A stretch of DNA of 33,078 nt, taken from a virus (taxonomy: Duplodnaviria; Caudoviricetes). The notes under the pieces are model-generated. The model saw only the letters and a program-made list of their open reading frames with translations. It did not search any database and was not told the DNA's origin. The translations under genes were made by a program, and so were the position numbers. Shown piece by piece: positions 6,795 through 14,961 of the stretch; the first letter of the stretch is position 1, and each line of letters starts with the position of its first letter. Location of the stretch: the IMG/VR virus record IMGVR_UViG_3300022895_000019, positions 1 to 33,078 of that record. One strand, given 5' to 3'.

Positions 6795-7084
6795 CCGTAC
6801 GAACCGAGCTGATGCCAGCGCTGGTTTCCGGGGTGGTGGTGCAGGATGTGATCCTCTCCGCAGACGAGATCGCTAAGTTCAACGATGCCCGGGAGGCGTT
6901 CCGAGCTATCAAAGCCCTGTATTGGGCAAAGGTCGTCCCTGGGCTCGGGGGCTTCGAGAACCCGGTAGTGTGCGAGCTTGAGCGCCTTCTGGAGCGAGTC
7001 GTCTTCGATACGCGCAATTTCCTGTATCCGCACCGCAACGCGGCTGCCTTCCATGATGCCAAGGATGTGGGAGGTACCGCATGA
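6788..7084 (+). CDS. Hypothetical phage protein
   Basis: RBS GGAGGT; overlaps both neighbours. Confidence 0.7.
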   Translation: MLTVRTELMPALVSGVVVQDVILSADEIAKFNDAREAFRAIKALYWAKVVPGLGGFENPVVCELERLLERVVFDTRNFLYPHRNAAAFHDAKDVGGTA

Positions 7085-7845
7085 GCCTGATTCCGTTCAG
7101 CTTCAAAGGCACCCCTGTGCGTGTCGTGACCGATGAGCACGGGGAACCATGGTTTGTTGCCAAGGATATCTGCGACCTGTTGGGCTACGCCAATCCCAGT
7201 GATGCGGTGGGGCGCCATTGCAAGGGGGTCGTGAAACGCTACCCCCTTCAAACCGCCGGCGGCATGCAGGACGTTCGGGTGCTGTCCGAGGGTGACACTC
7301 TTCGCCTTATCGTAAACAGCACCATGCCGGCCGCTCAGGATTTCGAGGCCTGGGTGTTCGATGAAGTATTGCCGACCATCCGCCGCACTGGCGCCTACCA
7401 GCGACCGATGACGCCAGCCGAACAGCTGCTGGCTCAGGCTCAGACGATGGTCACGCTGGAGCGCCAGCAGGCCGAGCAGCAAGTTGCGCTCGATCGTGTT
7501 GAGCGACGCGTCGATGACCTTAGCCAGACCATGGTTTGGGACCACTGCCCGCAGAACTGCCTGTCGCTGACGGGTGTCAAGGCCGCGATGCTGGCGCGCT
7601 ACGGCCTGTCTGGCGCGGTCGTGGACTACGTGCTCAAGGAGTGGCCACACGCGCCGAACTCTGCCGGCATGGTCCGTAATGGGCACGAAGACGCCAAAGG
7701 TTCGCAGTACCTGGTCTGGACGAAGAGTCTTGTCACCGCTGCGTTCAAGCGCTTCGTCGACGAGTGCGAGATGGTCAACACCACCCAGGCCAGTCACCCC
7801 TATTTCAATGGCCGGTTTCGGCTGACTGGGAAGGTGCACCCATGA
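7081..7845 (+). CDS. Bro-N domain antirepressor-like protein
   Basis: FSFKGTPVRVV...GEPWFVAKDICDLLGYANP...LSEGD..RLI..S..P.A..FEAWVFDEVLPTIRRTG. Confidence 0.9.
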   Translation: MSLIPFSFKGTPVRVVTDEHGEPWFVAKDICDLLGYANPSDAVGRHCKGVVKRYPLQTAGGMQDVRVLSEGDTLRLIVNSTMPAAQDFEAWVFDEVLPTIRRTGAYQRPMTPAEQLLAQAQTMVTLERQQAEQQVALDRVERRVDDLSQTMVWDHCPQNCLSLTGVKAAMLARYGLSGAVVDYVLKEWPHAPNSAGMVRNGHEDAKGSQYLVWTKSLVTAAFKRFVDECEMVNTTQASHPYFNGRFRLTGKVHP

Positions 7846-8234
7846 AGCGAAAGCTGAGCAAGCAACAGCTCATCCTACTGGTTGCTGAAAGAGCTGCTGA
7901 GTACTACCGAGCGCAGTCCGTGGCCCGGCGCATTCGGATCAGGCTAAACGACGAATACAGCATGTTCTTCCGGGCGTGCGGTGAGCCTGACCCGAAGAGC
8001 CGTCGTATCGACCCATCCAACCCACTCTACGGGGCCGTGATCGCCTACACGGCCGACACCTACGGGCTTTATCAGAAGGCGCAGCGGGCCAAGCACAACG
8101 CCAAGCGAGCTATGGAGTCGGCCATCAGATCGATGATCGGGCCTGATGTCGACCACCTGCCTCCGCTTGTACCTACGCCTCTGCCGGCTGGACCGGTGCG
8201 GCGTACCACTTCAACCGGAGAGACCCTGCAATGA
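7842..8234 (+). CDS. Hypothetical basic phage protein
   Basis: ATGA overlaps at both ends; start MKRKLSK. Confidence 0.7.
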   Translation: MKRKLSKQQLILLVAERAAEYYRAQSVARRIRIRLNDEYSMFFRACGEPDPKSRRIDPSNPLYGAVIAYTADTYGLYQKAQRAKHNAKRAMESAIRSMIGPDVDHLPPLVPTPLPAGPVRRTTSTGETLQ

Positions 8235-8461
8235 CTTCGCGGGCGAATCCAGAGCAGGCGCTCCAGCAGCGCGCTGGCGCAACGATTATCAACGGCCCAT
8301 GGCCAACCTACAGCCAATTCAAAGGCTTTCCAGAGCGTGAGCGCTGGACGATCTACGAGCTGGCCAAAGTTGGTCGTGAGGCGATGGAAGACAGCGGCTT
8401 CGAGATGGCCGAGAGCTACGACGCTTTCGTGCGCCGCGTCACAGAGGGCCTTGATCTGTGA
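8231..8461 (+). CDS. Hypothetical phage protein
   Basis: Coupled overlaps with both neighbours; RBS GGAG. Confidence 0.7.
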   Translation: MTSRANPEQALQQRAGATIINGPWPTYSQFKGFPERERWTIYELAKVGREAMEDSGFEMAESYDAFVRRVTEGLDL

Positions 8462-9222
8462 GCCAGGAGCGTATCCCACGTAAGTTTCAGGGCGTTTGGA
8501 TTCCAGCCTCTCTCTGGCTGGACCACTCACTGTCGACAAACGAGAAGGTGATGCTGGTGGAAATTAGCAGCCTTGAGGATGACGTGCGCGGCTGTTACGC
8601 CACCAATGCGCACTTCGCCGCGTTCTTCGGTCTGTCGGTATCTCGGGTGTCCGAGATCATCAGCGGGCTGGCTGAGCGTGGCCTGATCAAGGTTGAGCAG
8701 ATCCGCGAAGGGAAGCGCGTAATCGAGCGCCGAATTCGAATCTCCAACCCCTTCGATAAACCGAAGACCCCTTCGGAAAACGCGGTGAACCCCTTCGGAA
8801 AAGGCGATGAACCCCCTTCGGAAAACACGCAGGGGAGTAATACACCTATGAGTAATACAAAGAGGGTTAAAGCCTTACGTGCATCGGGGACTGAAACAGC
8901 GGCTGCATTCGAGCAGTTCTGGAAGCTGTACCCGAAGAAGAAAAGCCGCAAGGACGCCCTCAAGGCTTGGGAAAAACTCAACCCGGACGCCGAGCTTCAG
9001 TCTGTCCTTCTTGCCTCCCTGGCCAAGCATTGCGTTTCCCGCGATTGGGCCAAGGAAGGAGGCCAGTTCATCCCGAACGCAGCCACCTGGCTCAACGGCG
9101 AGCGCTGGACTGATGTTCTTCAGCCCATTGGTGCAACCGCTCAAGGCGGCGCATTCAACAACCTCCCGCAGCACACCGATGACATGTACCAGGAGAGCCA
9201 CGATGGCCGCCCAAATTTCTGA
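8458..9222 (+). CDS. Replication initiator (O-like; N-terminal wHTH)
   Basis: GCYATNAHFA..FGLS..RVS.IIS.L...GLI HTH, C-terminal FEQFWKLYPKK...FIPNAATWLNGERW, and internal iterons. Confidence 0.88.
   Translation: MSQERIPRKFQGVWIPASLWLDHSLSTNEKVMLVEISSLEDDVRGCYATNAHFAAFFGLSVSRVSEIISGLAERGLIKVEQIREGKRVIERRIRISNPFDKPKTPSENAVNPFGKGDEPPSENTQGSNTPMSNTKRVKALRASGTETAAAFEQFWKLYPKKKSRKDALKAWEKLNPDAELQSVLLASLAKHCVSRDWAKEGGQFIPNAATWLNGERWTDVLQPIGATAQGGAFNNLPQHTDDMYQESHDGRPNF
8747..8859. repeat. Replication origin iterons within the initiator gene
   Basis: CCCCTTCG(G/A)(A/T)AAA at about 8748, 8768, 8790 and 8813, then GAGTAATACA twice (8835, 8850). Confidence 0.8.
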
Positions 9223-10003
9223 TCTGTTCCACCGTACCCCGGTCAAGCGCATCTTCTCCGGCGAGTGCCCGGTGCATGGCCGTGTCGACATGAGCGAAGT
9301 CGAGCAGTTGGACGGCTCGATGCTGGCGCGTGGCTGCAAGCGTTGCGCCTGGGAGGCCCTGCACACCACGCCTCGCGACTCGGCTGAGCGCGCTTTGGCC
9401 ACCGCCCAGCGCAAGGCCGAGGACACTATGGCCGCGCTGATCGGCGCCGGGATCACGCCGCGCTTCGCCGCCGCCACCTTCGACAGCTATCGCGCCGAGA
9501 AAGAGCCGCAGCACAAGGCTCTGGCCAAGTGCCGTGCCTATGCGGAGCAGTTCCCGGCCAACTTCCGAGCGGGTCGTTCGTTTCTGCTGACGGGGAATGT
9601 CGGCTGCGGCAAGACCCACCTGGCCAGCGCGATCGTGCGCACGGTGGTTGCCGACCACGGTCGGGCGCTGATCATCCCGGCCGGGGATATCGTGAGCATC
9701 GCCCGCGCCTCGATGGTGCCTGGCTCTGGCTACACCGACCGCGATGCGGTGATCCACCTTGGCGGCCTTGACCTGCTGGTGATTGATGAGGTCGGCGCCC
9801 AGAAAGGCAGCGAGTATGAGTTGGGCCTACTGCACAGCATCATCGACCGCCGGTATCAGGCGGTACTGCCGACCGTGGTGGTCAGCAACCTGAATGCCGA
9901 GGGCCTCAAGTCATACATCGGTGATCGCGCCCTTGACCGCCTGCGTCAGAACGGCGGGCAGCAAGTGGGCTTCACCTGGGAGTCGAAGAGAGCGGCGGCA
10001 TGA
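9203..10003 (+). CDS. DnaC/IstB-like AAA+ helicase loader
   Basis: CPVHG...CKRC zinc motif, Walker A GNVGCGKT, Walker B LLVIDE, IIDRRY...PTVVVSNL, DRL. Confidence 0.92.
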   Translation: MAAQISDLFHRTPVKRIFSGECPVHGRVDMSEVEQLDGSMLARGCKRCAWEALHTTPRDSAERALATAQRKAEDTMAALIGAGITPRFAAATFDSYRAEKEPQHKALAKCRAYAEQFPANFRAGRSFLLTGNVGCGKTHLASAIVRTVVADHGRALIIPAGDIVSIARASMVPGSGYTDRDAVIHLGGLDLLVIDEVGAQKGSEYELGLLHSIIDRRYQAVLPTVVVSNLNAEGLKSYIGDRALDRLRQNGGQQVGFTWESKRAAA

Positions 10004-11391
10004 GGGCTCTCTATAGCGACGAGGCGGAGCACGGCGTGCTTGGCGCGGTCATTCATGCTTCGCTGCAGCAGGACGCAGGCCTGGTCGAGGACATGCTCGG
10101 CCAGATGACCTCGGCCGACTTCTATCACGCCGACAATGCGGCGCTGTTCGAGGCCATGCTGGAGTGCCGCGAACAAGCCATGCCTATCGATCCAGTGACC
10201 TTGGGCGCGGTTCAGCGCTTGCTCCCGGGTGGCGACACTGTCATGGCCTATGCCGCGGAGTTGGCCAGCAAGGTTCCTTCGCTGGCCAACTGGAAGGCCT
10301 ACGCCAAGCACGTCAAGGAGTGGGGCGTGATCCGCCGCATTCTGGACGTGGCGGGTGGCGCGCAGGAAATGGTGCAGGCTGGCGCACCCACCGGCGAAGT
10401 AATCGCCGCTGCCCAGCAGGCCATGGCAGACCTGCGCAACCTTGATGGTGAGGCAAAGGGTTACAAGCGGCTGGATCAATGGATGGGAGATGCCGCCGAC
10501 CTGGTGGATGAAAAGCACCGAGGGGTGGCGCCGAAGTGGCCTTCCACGGGGCTCGAAAAGCTGGATGAGCTGGTTCAAGGCCTTCGCCCGAAGAAGGTGA
10601 CCGTAATCGCCGGCCTGCCGGGCAGTGGCAAGACCACCCTGGCCCTGCAGATCGCCCAGCACAACGCCGTCAAGGAGCGGAAGCCTTGGTTGGTGTTCTC
10701 CATCGAAATGCCCGGCGAAGAACTGGGGCTGCGCGCCATCGCCTCGCTGGGAGGGGTGGCTCTGCACAAGCTGGATAACCCGGCCCAGATGCGCGAAGAC
10801 GACTGGGCCAGGATGAGCGGTGCCGTAGGATTGGCCCTGGAGGCCCCGCTTTTCGTCTGTGACGATCCAGTGCAGACGCCGTCCACCATTCGCGCCACGG
10901 CTCGGCAGTGCCAGCGCGAGCACGGACTGGCCGGCATCGTGGTCGACTACCTGACCCTGGTGCGCAGCGAGCGTGGTGGCCGATCTCGTACCGAGGAGGT
11001 GGGCAAGATCAGCAAGGCCCTGCTGCAGCTGGCCAAGGAAATGGCCATCCCGGTCATTGAGCTGGCCCAGCTGAACCGCGACTCGACCAAGCGCCCCGGG
11101 AAGAAGCCCCAGTCCAGCGACTTGCGCGACTCCGGCGAGATTGAGGCCGACGCCAGCTGCATCCTGATGGTGCACCGCGACATGGATACGGAGGAGGGCC
11201 AGAACGGCCTCACCGAGATCCTGATGACCAAGTGCCGCCATGCGCGGGTTGGCAGCTGCGTTGTCCAGCAGGAAGGACAGTATGGCCGGTTCGCGACCTA
11301 TGCCGGTTCGCTGCCCAGCGACGACGAGGTGGAGGCGGGTCGCGGCAGTTACGCCCAGCGCTACAAAGGGGGTGGTAATGAGCGATTCTAA
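10000..11391 (+). CDS. dnaB: Phage replicative DnaB-type helicase
   Basis: EAEHGVLGA, GLPGSGKT, FSIEM, VVDYL, LAQLNR, DLRDSGEIEADA motifs. Confidence 0.95.
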   Translation: MRALYSDEAEHGVLGAVIHASLQQDAGLVEDMLGQMTSADFYHADNAALFEAMLECREQAMPIDPVTLGAVQRLLPGGDTVMAYAAELASKVPSLANWKAYAKHVKEWGVIRRILDVAGGAQEMVQAGAPTGEVIAAAQQAMADLRNLDGEAKGYKRLDQWMGDAADLVDEKHRGVAPKWPSTGLEKLDELVQGLRPKKVTVIAGLPGSGKTTLALQIAQHNAVKERKPWLVFSIEMPGEELGLRAIASLGGVALHKLDNPAQMREDDWARMSGAVGLALEAPLFVCDDPVQTPSTIRATARQCQREHGLAGIVVDYLTLVRSERGGRSRTEEVGKISKALLQLAKEMAIPVIELAQLNRDSTKRPGKKPQSSDLRDSGEIEADASCILMVHRDMDTEEGQNGLTEILMTKCRHARVGSCVVQQEGQYGRFATYAGSLPSDDEVEAGRGSYAQRYKGGGNERF

Positions 11392-12712
11392 GACCCTGAC
11401 TGTCACCCTCAGCGATGCGGAGATCCGTCGCCACGCTGCCGGCGAGGTCTTCCAACTGCGCGATACCCGTCATCGTGAGCTGCGGTTCCGCTTCTCGACC
11501 GTGGACCGCTCCCGCGGCGCCTGGCACGTCGTTGTACGCGGTCGATGGGGCAAGGCCGGCGATTACCCGGGGATCAACACCAAGACCATGCTGGCCACGC
11601 TGCCGGCGATCCTGGCGCGCCGGGCTGCCGATGCCGACGCCAAGTCGACGACCACCAACTGGGCCACGGTGGGCGATGTGCTGGCGTGGTACCGCGACCG
11701 GATGAGCCGTGACCGGGGGCTTTCGGCCAAGCGCAAGGCAAGTGCCAAATCGGCGCTTGATCGCCACCTGGTGCCTCGCCTGGGTGACCTGCCGCTGGCC
11801 GAGACCAACAAGCAGGCGATCGACCAGCGCCTGATGTGGCCGATGCAGGAGCGCTATGCGCTGTCCTTCGTGCGTTCGGTTTACGGGGTGCTCTCGGTGG
11901 CGCTCCGCCAAGCCCTTCGCCTGGAGATGCTGCCGGCCAACCCCATGGCCGCGCTGAAGTTCACCGATTTCGTGCGGACCCGGATCAGGCCCCGACCGGC
12001 GCGCCTGCGTGGTGACGATGTGCCCGGCCTGTTGCTGGTGGTGACCGAGCGCTTCGAGGTGGAGCCGGCGGGCTGCATGCTGGCCTTGATGATGCTGTGC
12101 CACGGTTCCCGTCTGGGTGAGACCCGGCTGGCGCGCTGGCGCAACGTCAACCTCGATGCAGGGCGCTGGTTCATCCCGGCAGGGGATACCAAGACCAAGG
12201 CCGAGCACACGCTGCCGCTGACGGTCCAGGCCTGCGCGCTGCTGCGCCGATACCAAGGCCTGCAGGTCGCCCAGGGCTACACTGGGCCGCTGCTGTTCCC
12301 GGGTAGCCACGGTGCACCGCTGAGCCCGAGCAAGGCCAACACCTTGTTCACTGATCTGGCCAAGGGCGAATGGTCGAGCCATGACCTGCGCAAGGTGGCC
12401 CGCACGGCGTGGACCGACCTTGGGGTGGACTACATGGTGGGCGAACTGCTGCTGAACCACGCCATGAAGGACCTCGACGCTACCTACATCCACACCACCG
12501 CCGAGGGCCTGAAGCGTCAGGCGCTGGAGGCCTGGCACAAGCATCTCGACGGGCAGGGATTCGCCGCCATCCACACCGAGACACTGCCGGGACACAAAAC
12601 CGAGCCTGCCACCCCTGACGCTACTAACGGCGCGGGTTGCAGCACCTCACAGCATCCATCCCAAGGGAGGATGTTTAATCAAGAATCCAAGCCAGGAGCT
12701 GGCCATGAGTAA
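11378..12712 (+). CDS. Second tyrosine recombinase (P4-Int-like architecture)
   Basis: HGSRLGE, DTKTK, SHDLRK, LLNH, DATY; N-terminal arm-binding-like region; start MSDSKT overlaps the dnaB end. Confidence 0.9.
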   Translation: MSDSKTLTVTLSDAEIRRHAAGEVFQLRDTRHRELRFRFSTVDRSRGAWHVVVRGRWGKAGDYPGINTKTMLATLPAILARRAADADAKSTTTNWATVGDVLAWYRDRMSRDRGLSAKRKASAKSALDRHLVPRLGDLPLAETNKQAIDQRLMWPMQERYALSFVRSVYGVLSVALRQALRLEMLPANPMAALKFTDFVRTRIRPRPARLRGDDVPGLLLVVTERFEVEPAGCMLALMMLCHGSRLGETRLARWRNVNLDAGRWFIPAGDTKTKAEHTLPLTVQACALLRRYQGLQVAQGYTGPLLFPGSHGAPLSPSKANTLFTDLAKGEWSSHDLRKVARTAWTDLGVDYMVGELLLNHAMKDLDATYIHTTAEGLKRQALEAWHKHLDGQGFAAIHTETLPGHKTEPATPDATNGAGCSTSQHPSQGRMFNQESKPGAGHE

Positions 12713-12992
12713 CGTCGCAGCGGTCATGCCGCACAAGATCTTGACCCCGGTGGAGCGGGAATTCCTAAAGAAGGGCAACCGCATGATGCTGGACAAGCCC
12801 AATGGCCGTATCGGCGCTGCGGCCCTGATGGACATTGTGGTGGACTGGCTTGGTTCACGGGCCAGCCATGGCTTCGAGCAGTACGCCAAAGCTTGGATCA
12901 TCCAAGGTGGCGCAAAAAACAAACACGCCTACAAGCTGCTGTGCGAGCTGTTCGGCCTGGACAACGATCCAACGCCCCGGAGGGCTGCATGA
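12705..12992 (+). CDS. Hypothetical phage protein
   Basis: RBS AGGAG; ATGA overlap with Q. Confidence 0.75.
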   Translation: MSNVAAVMPHKILTPVEREFLKKGNRMMLDKPNGRIGAAALMDIVVDWLGSRASHGFEQYAKAWIIQGGAKNKHAYKLLCELFGLDNDPTPRRAA

Positions 12993-13378
12993 AGAAAAGA
13001 ACCTACGTGGACAAGGCGCTGGGCGACACCGAATACATGCTCGAGCAGTGGGGATTCTGGCGGATGTGCGAGATGGGCGTGCCCCGGTACGTTTCGCCGC
13101 TCTACGCACTGATGAGGGACAACATTCCATCTGTGGGAGGCGCACGCCAGCACGTGATCACGGACGATCTGGCGTTGGTCGTGGATGGAGCAGTGGCCAG
13201 GCTGGTGAAGCGCAACCAGCAGATGGGCGACTTCGTGTGGGCGTACTACGGCTACAAGCACCCTGCTATGCGGGTCGGCCGGGAGGCGGGCATGTCCGAG
13301 CGCAAGGCCCGGGAGATCATCAAGGCGGGAGTGGCATGGATCGACTGCGCGCTCGAACAGATTCGAGAGGCAGCGTAA
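12989..13378 (+). CDS. Late antiterminator Q-family protein
   Basis: LEQWGFW...ITDD.AL.VD.AVARL...YYG...R..I.AG.AWID pattern; position at the end of the early operon. Confidence 0.8.
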   Translation: MKKRTYVDKALGDTEYMLEQWGFWRMCEMGVPRYVSPLYALMRDNIPSVGGARQHVITDDLALVVDGAVARLVKRNQQMGDFVWAYYGYKHPAMRVGREAGMSERKAREIIKAGVAWIDCALEQIREAA

Positions 13379-13451
13379 AAAGTTCTATGCGGGCGGATAA
13401 ACACCTGTTTTCATAGCAGCGTGTCCAGCTTGCAAACAACGCGACACCGAG

Positions 13452-13478
13452 AACCCCGGCTATTGCAGCCGGGGTTTT
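13452..13478. terminator. tR'-like terminator, also serving hicB
   Basis: AACCCCGGCT-ATTGC-AGCCGGGGTT followed by TT. Confidence 0.85.
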
Positions 13479-13484
13479 GCGTTT

Positions 13485-13886
13485 CTAGCGTCCCAGCTTT
13501 TCCATAGCGGCGTCAGCCAGGAACGATGATCGGCTCTTTACGTTGTGGTCTCGCACGTACCTGTCGATCTGCTGGATCACAAAGCCCGGCAGGGTGACAT
13601 TGACCTTTTCGGTCTTGCCCAAGTACGGCGTGATGTCAATTTCCAGCATGCCCCAGCCCATATCGGCGAAGTCCGGATTGCCCCGGTGTGCCGCTGCGCT
13701 GGTCGGCATGGGAATAGCCTGGCCACTGCCAGCGATCTCTTCCAGCATGATGTGGGCGACCTCGACAGCTGAGGCATAGGCCTCCTCGAAGGTGTCGCCA
13801 GCTGTTACAGCGCCAGGAATGTCGGGGATCTGAATACCGATGGCGGTGTTCTCGTCGCCCCACTCGATGCAGATTGGGTATTGCAT
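13485..13886 (-). CDS. hicB: HicB antitoxin
   Basis: IPDIPGAVTAGDTFEEA N-terminal domain; RHH C-terminus KVNVTLP...IDRY...SRSSFL. Confidence 0.95.
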   Translation of the reverse strand: MQYPICIEWGDENTAIGIQIPDIPGAVTAGDTFEEAYASAVEVAHIMLEEIAGSGQAIPMPTSAAAHRGNPDFADMGWGMLEIDITPYLGKTEKVNVTLPGFVIQQIDRYVRDHNVKSRSSFLADAAMEKLGR

Positions 13887-13923
13887 GGTCGTCTCCTACA
13901 GAGGTGCAAAGGGTGAAGCCGGG

Positions 13924-14106
13924 TTATTTCAACCCGGCTCTTTCCTTGATGCTCTTTACCGTGCCGATCGGTAGATCCTTTTTGGGGTGTGGCACTGGTA
14001 TCGAGTTTGGGTTGTTGGGGTGTTTGAAGATGTGGTGGCTTCCGGTGACACGTTTTAGAACCCATCCAGCTGCTTCAAGCTCCTTGATCAACTGCCTGCT
14101 TTGCAC
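13924..14106 (-). CDS. hicA: HicA mRNA interferase toxin
   Basis: LEAAGW...TGSHHIFKHP...VPHPKKDLPIGTVKSI, with the catalytic His in GSH. Confidence 0.95.
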   Translation of the reverse strand: MQSRQLIKELEAAGWVLKRVTGSHHIFKHPNNPNSIPVPHPKKDLPIGTVKSIKERAGLK

Positions 14107-14135
14107 CTCCGTCTCCTTGTTTAGTTGATGGAAGA

Positions 14136-14182
14136 ATTATACCTCTAGGCGCATAACTCGTAAAGCAAAAATATGCGCCTAG
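14136..14182 (-). promoter_or_regulatory. hicAB promoter with inverted-repeat operator
   Basis: TTTACG(14164-14159)-17-TATAAT(14141-14136); arms CTAGGCGCATA (14145-14155) and TATGCGCCTAG (14172-14182). Confidence 0.8.
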
Positions 14183-14212
14183 GGTTATATTTATTTGTCT
14201 GGTCAATTTAAG

Positions 14213-14238
14213 GGCTCGCCATTTCGGCGGGCCTTTTT
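14213..14238 (+). terminator. Intrinsic terminator before the late genes
   Basis: GGCTCGCC-ATTTC-GGCGGGCC followed by T5. Confidence 0.75.
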
Positions 14239-14254
14239 CGTTCGGGGTACAGAA

Positions 14255-14746
14255 ATGCAAAGCGCCAATTATGTGCCCGGGGTGGCCGGCTGGAAGATCC
14301 ATGAAGGTGTCCGGCTTGAGCTGAACGATGGCAATCGTCGGATCTACGCCGAGGTGAAGATGATCACCACTGCTGGCCCCGGCCAGAGTAACGATGAAGC
14401 AGCTCAGGACATTCGCGATCTCGACGTGGATAACCGGTCCCGTGTCACCTCATGCGAGGGCAAGGTCACACTTCAAGGCTCTCCGATCACGGCTCAAGGT
14501 CGCGCCTTATATGCGCTGACCAGCCAGGTCGCTGGCCAGGGCGACAACCTTCGAGCAATCGATATGAGCGGTTACATCACAGGCGAGAAGCCCGCTCGAC
14601 AGGCAGCTGAAGATTTAAGGCGCCAGGAGGCAGCGGATATCGCCAACGCCAGACGCATGGGCGCATTGGACGGTGACGCGGCAGATACGGTGCGCCAAGT
14701 CATCCGTGACGAGCTGAAGCCCGGCGGCCTACTGCATCGCAGCTGA
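14255..14746 (+). CDS. Hypothetical late protein
   Basis: Start MQSANYVPG; TGATG overlap with the next gene. Confidence 0.7.
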   Translation: MQSANYVPGVAGWKIHEGVRLELNDGNRRIYAEVKMITTAGPGQSNDEAAQDIRDLDVDNRSRVTSCEGKVTLQGSPITAQGRALYALTSQVAGQGDNLRAIDMSGYITGEKPARQAAEDLRRQEAADIANARRMGALDGDAADTVRQVIRDELKPGGLLHRS

Positions 14747-14961
14747 TGGAGGCAGGCGAAGTGACCATCTACCGCGAGTATCGACGCCGCAACAAGTACC
14801 GCTTATGCATGATCGACGAAATCCATGATCAGCTGGGCCGGGCGACGCCATTTGAGGACGCTAAAATCCGAGCCTCCCGCAAGAAATACTTGCTCAAGTT
14901 GTTCAAATACAAGCGGCGAGCCCAGGGCATTAATAATTCACCAGTGAATCGGAGCAACTGA
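14746..14961 (+). CDS. Hypothetical highly basic 71-aa protein
   Basis: TGATG overlaps at both ends; Arg/Lys/Tyr-rich. Confidence 0.55.
   Translation: MEAGEVTIYREYRRRNKYRLCMIDEIHDQLGRATPFEDAKIRASRKKYLLKLFKYKRRAQGINNSPVNRSN

Noticed and set aside
13404-13418. LexA-box-like CTGTTTTCATAGCAG
   Set aside because: Spacing is CTG-N9-CAG, not N10; more likely part of the late promoter region.
13421-13447. GTGTC...GACAC inverted pair resembling the second recombinase's repeat
   Set aside because: Only a 5-bp match with two mismatches over the 9-mer; more simply a leader hairpin.
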